From: an uncultured Gemmatimonadota bacterium
Lineage (GTDB): Bacteria > Gemmatimonadota > Gemmatimonadetes > Palauibacterales > Palauibacteraceae
Assembly (NCBI GenBank): GCA_913043255.1
Contig: CAJWLK010000009.1
Coordinates: 27,706-91,705, forward strand
DNA: 64,000 nt
Direction of reading: 5' to 3'
Shown here: one piece after another, positions 32,754-40,975 of the stretch
How positions within the stretch are numbered: the first letter of the stretch is position 1
How the letters are laid out: each line of letters starts with the position of its first letter
Translations under genes and position numbers: made by a program
Notes under the pieces: generated by a model
Seen by the model: the letters and a program-made list of their open reading frames with translations, nothing else
Told to the model about the DNA's origin: nothing
Databases searched by the model: none

Positions 32754-33953
32754 TTACGAGTCCAGTTGAACTACAATCGCCGCACCCTGGCCACCTCCAA
32801 TGCAAGCACTACCCAAGCCGAATTCGCCACCCCGTCGGCGTAGTTCGTGGAGTAAGTGTCCGGCAATACGCGCACCCGTCATGCCTAGCGGGTGACTGAG
32901 TGCAATCGCTCCACCATTCACGTTCACTTTGTCACGATCCAGCTCCAACTCGCGCTCCACAGCCATATATTGGGGTGCGAAAGCCTCATTTATCTCAATG
33001 AGATCCATATCTTCAATCGTAAGGCCGACCTTTTCGAGGGCCGCACGAGACGCTGGTGCCGGGCCAATTCCCATGATATGTGGTGGCACACCGGCAACGG
33101 CGTATGAGACCAGTTTTCCAAGTGGATTCAGGCCATTCGAGACAGCGTAATCCGCACTTGCCATCACAAGAGCTGCCCCTCCATCACCAATCCCACTCGC
33201 ATTCCCTGCCGTAACCAAACCATCTTCCTTGAAGTATGGTCGCAGTCCCGCGAGGGCGTCTATGGTCGTTTCAGGCCGCAGGTGCTCGTCGCGATCAAAG
33301 GATTTCTCCCGGCCCTTTCGTCCCACCATTACGGGTACAACTTCCTGTGTGTATCGTCCATCTTCCCACGCTATATGGGCAAGTTTTTGGCTCCTTAATG
33401 CAATTTCGTCCGCTTCTGAACGTGATATCCCGTATTCCTCAGCCAAGTTCTCCGCAGTCTGAGCCATCGAAAATCCGCAATACGGATCCGTTAGAGCTTC
33501 CCACAATGAGTCCTCCAAATCGGGTTCCGATCCCAAACGTAAGCCCCAGCGCGCGCCCCGTACGATGTGGGGTGCCTGGCTCATTGATTCTGAACCTCCC
33601 ACGAGACATACATCGCTCTCACCAAGCTCAATCTCCTGCGATCCACTAATGACCGCCTGAAATCCTGAACCGCACAGCCTGTTGATAGCGAGTGCAGACG
33701 TTTCAATCGGAAGACCAGCACGTAACCCGATATGACGGGCAAGATAAATCGCATCTGCCGAGGTCTGCATTACATTTCCAAACACGACATGGCCGAACTC
33801 TTCCTTTGGCACCCCCGAACGTTCAATGGCCGGGTCTGACGCGAGCACACCAAGGTCAGTGGCAGTGTGGTCCTTAAGACTTCCTCCGAACGCACCCATG
33901 GCCGTTCGCGCAGCAGAAAGAAAGACAGTTCCGTTCCGTTTTTTCTTATCCAT
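32754..33953 (-). CDS. Acetyl-CoA C-acyltransferase (thiolase)
   Basis: NRLCGSG, TAGNASG, NEAFA, GGAIALSHPLG, CIGGGQG. Confidence 0.95.
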   Translation of the reverse strand: MDKKKRNGTVFLSAARTAMGAFGGSLKDHTATDLGVLASDPAIERSGVPKEEFGHVVFGNVMQTSADAIYLARHIGLRAGLPIETSALAINRLCGSGFQAVISGSQEIELGESDVCLVGGSESMSQAPHIVRGARWGLRLGSEPDLEDSLWEALTDPYCGFSMAQTAENLAEEYGISRSEADEIALRSQKLAHIAWEDGRYTQEVVPVMVGRKGREKSFDRDEHLRPETTIDALAGLRPYFKEDGLVTAGNASGIGDGGAALVMASADYAVSNGLNPLGKLVSYAVAGVPPHIMGIGPAPASRAALEKVGLTIEDMDLIEINEAFAPQYMAVERELELDRDKVNVNGGAIALSHPLGMTGARIAGHLLHELRRRGGEFGLGSACIGGGQGAAIVVQLDS

Positions 33954-34036
33954 CAGTCAATTCCTCTATATGTCTACAAGTCCACCTTTACCATGTAAGC
34001 CGACATTCTTCCAAGTCGAAAAATAACTACTCCAGG

Positions 34037-35098
34037 TCAACCTTCACCTTCCAAAACACGCGCTGCCAGCCAGCTACCCACTTCCACTGTAGTAGCGGTA
34101 CCGCCGATGTCGGGTGTTCTCAGACCCTCAATAAGCGCTTCCGTGACGGCGTCTTCAATAATGACTGCTGCATCCAATGCTCCTTGGTCTCGTAACAATA
34201 AAGCCGCACTTAAAATAGCTGCCATTGGATTGGCACGGCCCGTACCAGAGATATCTGGTGCACTACCGTGCACAGGTTCGTATAAGCCGTGCACTCCGGG
34301 ATTTACATTCGCCGATGGAGCAAGCCCAGGGCCACCTACTAACTCTGCTGAGAGATCGGAGAGAATGTCGCCCAAAAGGTTAGACGTCACAATCACACCG
34401 AATCGCTCTGGTACCCGAACAAGCTCCATAGCTAAAGCATCTACATAGGTCATCTCAGACTCGACGTTGGGATACTCAGCTGCGATCTCAGAAAAAACGC
34501 GTCGCCACAAACCAAACATATGAGGCATCGCGTTCGCCTTGTCCGCCAAAGTCACTCGCACCCCGGCGTATTCCGCATAATCAAAAGCCGCGCGAACGAT
34601 TCGATCTATACCACGACGGGAAGCAAGCCCTTCCGTGATCGCGAGTTCCAAATCAGTGCCTTCGTTCTCAACCCGACCCGTTCCAACGTATAGACCTTCC
34701 GTATTTTCCCGATAAATAACGAAATCGATTGGAGCAGTGCCGGCTGACTTAAGAGGAGATAAATCAGCTACACGAAGTCTAAGCGGTCGTCGATTAATGA
34801 ATAGATCAAGACGAAAACGGAGCCCGAGCAACAAGTCACGCGCGTGTTCTCCTCCAGGAATTCTCGGATCTCCGACCGCCCCAAACAGTATCGCGTCGAA
34901 GTCGTCACGAAGCGTTGTAAACGTAACATCCGAAAGAGTCTCTCCAGATGTCAGGTAGTGGTCTGCACCATGCGGGAAATGTACCATTTCCACATCTGCA
35001 AGACCTTTTTCTTGAACGGCACCCAGAACTCGGCAAGCTTGGTCGATAACCTCTGGCCCGATCCCGTCGCCACCAATCACAGCGATCCGTATTGTCAT
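34037..35098 (-). CDS. Isocitrate/isopropylmalate dehydrogenase family (LeuB type 2-like)
   Basis: GDGIGPEV, GAVGDP, RENTEGLY, DKAN, GDILSD, EPVHGSAPDI. Confidence 0.88.
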   Translation of the reverse strand: MTIRIAVIGGDGIGPEVIDQACRVLGAVQEKGLADVEMVHFPHGADHYLTSGETLSDVTFTTLRDDFDAILFGAVGDPRIPGGEHARDLLLGLRFRLDLFINRRPLRLRVADLSPLKSAGTAPIDFVIYRENTEGLYVGTGRVENEGTDLELAITEGLASRRGIDRIVRAAFDYAEYAGVRVTLADKANAMPHMFGLWRRVFSEIAAEYPNVESEMTYVDALAMELVRVPERFGVIVTSNLLGDILSDLSAELVGGPGLAPSANVNPGVHGLYEPVHGSAPDISGTGRANPMAAILSAALLLRDQGALDAAVIIEDAVTEALIEGLRTPDIGGTATTVEVGSWLAARVLEGEG

Positions 35099-35267
35099 TC
35101 GCTTGAGAGCCTACTAAGGCAGTACCTGAAACAATGAAATTTCACATCCATGAGTTCGTTCACGGGCAGAAAACAATCGCCTCTGCCACAAGACTCTGGT
35201 TAGGCTGAAACCGAACAGGGTTATCTCTTCGGGCAGTACGATCTTCATCTGTCTGAATCACAGGTGC

Positions 35268-36371
35268 TCAGCGCTCTATCGCAAGTGCACCCACACGTGC
35301 GGAATCCTCAATGAAAGCTTGAGCTGTCTCCCATGACACCGTCATTCCGGTCATTGCATGAAGCCGAAGAGCTTCAAACCTCATAAAATCAGCTATCGAG
35401 AGGGTCGACCGATCTGATTGGTTTCTCATCTCACAGACAATTGCTTCCCAATCTCCTTCATAGATCGTTCCGTTTGAAACCCGTACCCGATGGGGCACCT
35501 CCATCGAAGCCTCAGGCGGCCGCCCAAAAAGATCAAGTTGAGTTAGGCTGGGCCGTCCCACCCGTCCTGCGGCTTGTGCCTCTATCTCAGCCAAAATGCG
35601 ATCTTCCGGGCTCGGATCGGCGGTCAGTTCTTCTAATACTGCGAGGTACGGCTGGAGTTCCGCGGAGTCAGGATCGAGACCATGCAGCCTCCGTTTGAGT
35701 TCGATAATTCGCCATGCTACAGCGGGGTCGCCAACGTTCGGTGCCTGGATGGTCTCGAGTTGCTCTAACGCACCCCGGAAGTCTCCACGCTCGTAAAGAA
35801 CATTCCCATATAGTGCCCGCGCACCCAGAAAATGGGGATCGAGCTTTGCGGCTTTGCGGCTCCAGAAAAGTGCGCTCTCTAAATCGCCACCACGATAAAA
35901 TGTGAACGCTAGATCAAGAGCAGCATCAGGGCTCTGGGGATCAGTTTCCTGGGCGAGATGAAAGAACCTCTCGGCACGCTCTAAAAGGTTCTCACGAAGA
36001 AGACTACGACCCACACAAATCATAATTTCAATGTCATGATCGAAGCCTAGTTCAACCAGTCTATCAAATGCCCGAAAGGCTCCTGCCCGATCACCTAGCT
36101 TAAGCATTGCATCGCCAATGCCCGCTAGCGCTTCCTCATGCTCGCCTTCAATCTGGAGCGCCCGCCGAAACGCCTCTCTCGCAAAAACGTATTCCTCCCG
36201 AGCGAGGCGAGTGTATCCCATTGAGACAAGCAATTCAGTAGAATCAGGATATTGATTTAGAGCATGCTTAAGAAGATCAAGTGCTTGATCGTAGTCACCG
36301 ACCTCATACAGACGCTGTGCTTCAGCATCGTACTGGTCTCCGTCCCAGGAATTGGGCTGGTTTATACTCAA
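35268..36371 (-). CDS. TPR-repeat protein with small C-terminal domain
   Basis: Repeated TPR-like helices (YDQALDLL, AREAFRRAL, ESALFWSRKA). Confidence 0.82.
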   Translation of the reverse strand: MSINQPNSWDGDQYDAEAQRLYEVGDYDQALDLLKHALNQYPDSTELLVSMGYTRLAREEYVFAREAFRRALQIEGEHEEALAGIGDAMLKLGDRAGAFRAFDRLVELGFDHDIEIMICVGRSLLRENLLERAERFFHLAQETDPQSPDAALDLAFTFYRGGDLESALFWSRKAAKLDPHFLGARALYGNVLYERGDFRGALEQLETIQAPNVGDPAVAWRIIELKRRLHGLDPDSAELQPYLAVLEELTADPSPEDRILAEIEAQAAGRVGRPSLTQLDLFGRPPEASMEVPHRVRVSNGTIYEGDWEAIVCEMRNQSDRSTLSIADFMRFEALRLHAMTGMTVSWETAQAFIEDSARVGALAIER

Positions 36372-36470
36372 GATCGTTCCGACGGGTTGAAGCCATTCCT
36401 TGCTCGGACGCTCATAATATTCCGTCGTGATTGAACTGAATAAGTGTTAACATTCTCACAGTAATGTTGC

Positions 36471-37829
36471 TCACAGAACGGACCTTTTGCGGAGTTTGAC
36501 GAGGTTTTCGTCTGATATACCATGAAGCTGGACACGTGTAACTCTGCGGTCCGTCAACTCGACAACTTCGACCGTTACAGCGCCTAGTGAAACCCGATCC
36601 CCTTCTTCGGGGATCCGTCCGAGTTCACCGATAATAAAGCCCGCTACGGTGTCATACTGCTCTGCCTCAAGAACCTTTTCAAGATCTAACCAATCGAGAA
36701 GATCCGAGATGGAGCACCCACCATCAATTGCAATCCTACCATCACGATCTACAGAAATGCTCTGCTCCGCCACATCGTGTTCGTCATAAATTTCGCCCAC
36801 AATTTCTTCTAGCAAATCTTCCAGCGTGACGACCCCATCCGTCCCCCCAAATTCATCGACGACCACCGCCATGTGCGTCTTTCGCGCGCGAAGCTCAGCC
36901 AGCAGATCATCGATTGCTTTCGTATCCGGGACAAAAACCGCCTCTCGCATCACTTCACGAGCGGTCCGAGTTGAAGGCTGTTCACCCATGATCTCTGATA
37001 AGAGGTCCTTTACCACCACAATGCCGATGATTTCGTCGAGTGAATCCTCGATGACCGGGAGGCGAGAGAAGCCCGATTCCTCTGCAATCTCAAGAATACG
37101 GTCCGGCGTGGCGACAGATTCAACAGCCACAATATCCGGTCGAGGAGTCATAACTTCCCGAGTCATGGTACGTGTAAGTTCAAACACACCCTCAATCATG
37201 GCCTGCTCGTCCTCTTCGACAATCCCTTCCCGGCGACTCTCACGAACAAGTATCTCGATCTCGTCAGGGCTATGGGCGTGTTCAAGACCGTGCGACACCG
37301 TCGGCACACGGATCAGCTTGAGGAAGAAACGAGCTGATCCATTGAGGAACCAAATCCCGGGCCACATGATCCGGTTAAAGGTCAGCAGTGGGCCCGCTAC
37401 GTATCGACTCACCGCTTCAGGTCGAAGCAACGCAACCGTTTTGGGTGCCAGTTCTCCAAGCACAATGTGTAGATACGTAATGAGGAGGAATGCGATGATG
37501 ATAGCAGTAGTGTGGATCGCAGCTGGGGACGTCGAAAAGCCTGATGCCGCAAACAAGGGTTCAAGGGAACCGGCCACTGCTGGCTCACCTATCCAACCTA
37601 GGCCAAGAGAGGCAAGAGTAATTCCCAGTTGAGTTCCTGAAATGGCTTGGTCAAGATCACGTTGAGCAGTCTGCGCCCGCCGTGCGAGGCGATCTCCACT
37701 ATCCGCGAGTTCATCTATTCGCGTACTCCGCGCGCTAACGAGCGCAAATTCAGCAGCAACGAAAAAGCCGTTCGCCACGACTAAAGCCAATACTGCGGCA
37801 AGCCGGAACACCAACCCAAGGTCCATCAC
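36471..37829 (-). CDS. CNNM/TlyC 'hemolysin family' Mg/Co transporter (DUF21 + 2xCBS + CorC_HlyC)
   Basis: NGFFVAAEFAL, QLGITLASLGLG, HIVLGELAPK, SRLPV, VVDEFGGTDG, EDLLEEIVGEI, TVAGF. Confidence 0.93.
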   Translation of the reverse strand: MMDLGLVFRLAAVLALVVANGFFVAAEFALVSARSTRIDELADSGDRLARRAQTAQRDLDQAISGTQLGITLASLGLGWIGEPAVAGSLEPLFAASGFSTSPAAIHTTAIIIAFLLITYLHIVLGELAPKTVALLRPEAVSRYVAGPLLTFNRIMWPGIWFLNGSARFFLKLIRVPTVSHGLEHAHSPDEIEILVRESRREGIVEEDEQAMIEGVFELTRTMTREVMTPRPDIVAVESVATPDRILEIAEESGFSRLPVIEDSLDEIIGIVVVKDLLSEIMGEQPSTRTAREVMREAVFVPDTKAIDDLLAELRARKTHMAVVVDEFGGTDGVVTLEDLLEEIVGEIYDEHDVAEQSISVDRDGRIAIDGGCSISDLLDWLDLEKVLEAEQYDTVAGFIIGELGRIPEEGDRVSLGAVTVEVVELTDRRVTRVQLHGISDENLVKLRKRSVL

Positions 37830-37841
37830 CGGTCCATCACC
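37820..37841. repeat. Perfect 11-bp tandem duplication over the CNNM gene start
   Basis: GGTCCATCACC at 37820-37830 and 37831-37841. Confidence 0.9.
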
Positions 37842-37987
37842 GCAAGGATACCTGCGCCTCCAGAAATTGGAAGGCGATTCGGGCAGTACGTCTGGTCGTC
37901 AAAATCAGACCTGGAACCCCTGCCGATGGTCGCCGAACGAACCCAGTTCGTATAGATCCCGGTTCGTCCAGGGCTACAGGGTTTTGT
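37842..37987. ncRNA. Structured intergenic RNA, 6S RNA-like (alternatively a cis-regulatory leader); strand uncertain
   Basis: Nested helices read by eye. Closing stem: CCTG 37851-54/CAGG 37977-80 and GCC/GGC. Apical arm: GGCGA 37873-77/TCGCC 37930-34, GGCAG 37882-86/CTGCC 37920-24, GTCTG 37890-94/CAGAC 37906-10. Bubble hairpin: ACGAACC 37937-43/GGTTCGT 37961-67. Confidence 0.5.
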
Positions 37988-38326
37988 TCAGGCTGCGTTC
38001 ACCTCGCCGGCATCGATCATCTCATTCTCCTCAACTTCCGTCACTGTTTCAACCGGTGTTTCCTTAGTGTCCGTACCCGAGCTTCCACCATGCGGAATCG
38101 GAGGTGCGCAGTAGCGCTCACCTATAGTTCTGAGACTCGTGAGATCCTCTTCTGAAAGCTCAGGGTATTGCTCGCGAAGATACTGCATTGTTTCGGTGAA
38201 CCACTTTTCGCGCTCTTCGTTTTCTGCTTCCAATACACCGCAACGACGAATATGACTAAAGAGTTCATCCCGTACTCGGTCGATCGAACTCTGCTCTTGG
38301 CTTCCCTTGCTCAACACACCTCCCAT
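37988..38326 (-). CDS. Conserved-looking hypothetical protein
   Basis: RDELFSHIRRCGVL...WFTETMQYL...YPEL...IGERYC helical core with acidic tail. Confidence 0.75.
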   Translation of the reverse strand: MGGVLSKGSQEQSSIDRVRDELFSHIRRCGVLEAENEEREKWFTETMQYLREQYPELSEEDLTSLRTIGERYCAPPIPHGGSSGTDTKETPVETVTEVEENEMIDAGEVNAA

Positions 38327-38433
38327 TTAACGGTCGTCTAAGATTTTACCGAAATTTGGTGCAGTCACCAACTCGATCAAGCTAAGGCGAATTGGCGCCC
38401 AAGCAAAAATGAGTCGTGGTGTTTAGCTACGAT

Positions 38434-39270
38434 TCAAGCGCCCACCTCAAATCGTCGCAAATACATGTTCACCTCTCCAATCCCCATCTTGGTCTTGAGC
38501 TGTACTATCAATCGGCGCTCGTCATCGGAAATGTACACCTCCGCCTCTCCATCCTCTGAAAATAGACCATCTGCCTGAATGATGGGACGGACGACAATGG
38601 TCTTAAATGTACCCGACCGAACACGTACTCGCTCTCGTCTTAATACTTCCAATACTACCGGATTACCCTCATCTTCGAAGTAACCGTTGAATGTGTAGGT
38701 TCGCCCCACTTCAAGTGGCAATGTCCTGATCAAATAAAGATAAGATATTTCGTCCAAGGCGCCGACAGGGATCGGCAAGTCCCTGTGTTTAGGATGTGCT
38801 TTGTACTCACCGACCTCCTCATCCCAATCCTCTCGTGTTACAGTGCCGACATCGTGATACAACTCGAAACGTCTATGTCGTCGATACCCACCCTCTCTTA
38901 GGACCTGCTCGAATCGCATTGACCGATAGGGGTTGCTCGCGAGCCAACTTACAGTCCGATCATCGATCTTATAGACTGGTATACCGCCATCAATCTCAAA
39001 AGCCAGTCGGAAAGTTGACGTCTCTCGGATCGATTCTTCCGCTTCTATACGGAGGTGTGCCCTACCAATGTGAACAGGCCCGAAGGTGACATCGTACTCG
39101 GCCTCTTCTCCAACCCTGAACGGCCACACAGGGAAGATCGCGTCAGGGTTTCCTGCAGTCGCTCCGCGTGAGGCTAGCTCGTTCTGGCCACTTGCAGTCA
39201 TCGTCCCTGCAGCAGTGATAATCGTGACCCAGACAATCAACACAAACCCTCGCATGTTAAACCATTGCAT
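38434..39270 (-). CDS. DUF3108-family exported protein
   Basis: Signal peptide, GEEAEYDV, DEISYLYLIRTLPL, ERVRVRSGTFKT, YISDDERRL. Confidence 0.78.
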   Translation of the reverse strand: MQWFNMRGFVLIVWVTIITAAGTMTASGQNELASRGATAGNPDAIFPVWPFRVGEEAEYDVTFGPVHIGRAHLRIEAEESIRETSTFRLAFEIDGGIPVYKIDDRTVSWLASNPYRSMRFEQVLREGGYRRHRRFELYHDVGTVTREDWDEEVGEYKAHPKHRDLPIPVGALDEISYLYLIRTLPLEVGRTYTFNGYFEDEGNPVVLEVLRRERVRVRSGTFKTIVVRPIIQADGLFSEDGEAEVYISDDERRLIVQLKTKMGIGEVNMYLRRFEVGA

Positions 39271-40012
39271 TAAGGTTGCTCACCAGTTTTCGGATTGCCG
39301 GGTCACGGCTTGCCCGAATCAGGCCGTAGAGCTCTCGCCAAGCGCGGTATCGTGAGTCACGATACCGTCGGGTTTTTATCGACTCTGCACGAATCTCTTC
39401 AAACCGACGGAGGAATTTTCCCACTCTGAGCAAGAGTTCTGCATTCGCCGCCCAACCTTCATGGTTCAGAACTTGACCCCGCGAATCACTTTCATCTATC
39501 GCGCGGGCTAAAACGAACAAACGATATAGACGCAAGCTCGCGAATGGGTCATCGACCAACTTTGTAGTGTGCAGGCCCCGTGCAAGTTGTTGGCCAGCAA
39601 TACGCGTAAACCGTCGCGCAAATGGTTCATTGGGAACTGATCCGACTGTGACAAGGTCTGCCCCGCCCTCAAAGCGCCGCATCATCTCGCATATACGTTC
39701 CGGGGAGTCAGAAAAGTCACCCTGCATGGTGACCAAAGCATCACGCTTCGGGTACGTCGAGCGCTTCAAGGCAGCTTTGATCAGCCTTTCAAGACTCGCC
39801 GCGTATCCTTTTCTAACGTCATTATGAAAGAAAGTCATAGGAAGAAAGTGCTCATATTGTGACAATGTTTCGCTGGTCCCATCATTCGAAGCATCGTCGC
39901 AAATAAGCACATGATACTCACGCTGCTCTCCGTATAAGATCTCACGGATCCGCCACAGAAGTGGACCAATCGTCTCACGTTCGTTTCGAACTGGTATGCC
40001 GATATATATCAC
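39257..40012 (-). CDS. Glycosyltransferase family 2
   Basis: IPVRNE, DDASNDGT, QGDFSDSP. Confidence 0.85.
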   Translation of the reverse strand: MIYIGIPVRNERETIGPLLWRIREILYGEQREYHVLICDDASNDGTSETLSQYEHFLPMTFFHNDVRKGYAASLERLIKAALKRSTYPKRDALVTMQGDFSDSPERICEMMRRFEGGADLVTVGSVPNEPFARRFTRIAGQQLARGLHTTKLVDDPFASLRLYRLFVLARAIDESDSRGQVLNHEGWAANAELLLRVGKFLRRFEEIRAESIKTRRYRDSRYRAWRELYGLIRASRDPAIRKLVSNLNAMV

Positions 40013-40039
40013 GATCTCAACGCAGATCCTTGATCAAGG

Positions 40040-40975
40040 TTATCCCTTTACCATTGCGTGCAAATGCTCGTTCGTCCATGCCTTAGCCGCGCGGGTTCCT
40101 TTCCAGCGGCGATGAAACCAAAAGTACTGCTCCGGATGATCTTGTACGTAACGCTCGAGAGCCAGAACCCAACGGCGAGTAAGCTCCAATTGGTCGGTTT
40201 CCTCAGCAACCACCTCGCCACCGTGTATTTTTTCGAATCGGAAATGGTATTCTTCGCCGTCACATAAATTAACCGCGAGGAAGAGGGGGACGCGTGCCCC
40301 AAGACACAATCGAGCAGGTCCGAGTGTAGTCCACGCAGGGCGCCCGAAAAACTCAACAGGTGCTGAGCCACGACGAGTATGTTGGTCGGCGACAAGCACC
40401 AATATGCGACCGTCATGCAGTGCCTGAACAAGCCGTCGCGAGTGTGAATCTCTGTAGACAATTTCTAACTCCATGCGCTCCTGCATAGCAGCGAAACGAC
40501 GGTCTGAGATAGCAGTCAGTGAGTGTTGGCGTTGAGCTATGGTGGTAGTCGGAAACCCCAACCATGCCGCATAGGCCGCAGCCAACCAAAAATTTCCGAT
40601 GTGCCCAGTCACGATGACTGCTCCACCATCTAGGGTCATCGCCCCTTCAAGCATCCCTGCAGCGTCGTCAAGATCAGAAATCTTGGCAAGGTTTTGTTCG
40701 ATTCTCGAAGGGTTAGCCAACACCGTGGCAAGTTCTCCACCAAAGTGTCGATAACAACCTCGGGCAGTCTCCTGAATCCATGTGGAATCCACATCTGGAA
40801 AGCTAGCAGCCAGTTGTTCCTCGACTACCCGTCGACGGATTCCCATCGGACGATAAGCGGCATTACTTAAGAACGCTCCTGCCGCACGGCTTACCTTCTC
40901 CGGCATAGTACGCCATAATGCATCCAGGCCCCAGGCAGCTGGAATAACAGCTCGCCTCACCACACGAGAGATCAA
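40040..40975 (-). CDS. LpxL/HtrB-family lipid A late acyltransferase
   Basis: TGHIGN, VADQ, FFGRPA, PEQYFWFHRRWK; the acid of the H-x4-D/E dyad is missing. Confidence 0.85.
   Translation of the reverse strand: MISRVVRRAVIPAAWGLDALWRTMPEKVSRAAGAFLSNAAYRPMGIRRRVVEEQLAASFPDVDSTWIQETARGCYRHFGGELATVLANPSRIEQNLAKISDLDDAAGMLEGAMTLDGGAVIVTGHIGNFWLAAAYAAWLGFPTTTIAQRQHSLTAISDRRFAAMQERMELEIVYRDSHSRRLVQALHDGRILVLVADQHTRRGSAPVEFFGRPAWTTLGPARLCLGARVPLFLAVNLCDGEEYHFRFEKIHGGEVVAEETDQLELTRRWVLALERYVQDHPEQYFWFHRRWKGTRAAKAWTNEHLHAMVKG

Noticed and set aside
36826-37632. 268-aa plus-strand ORF
   Set aside because: Exact antisense shadow of the CNNM gene; Ser/Thr/Ile-rich with no motifs.
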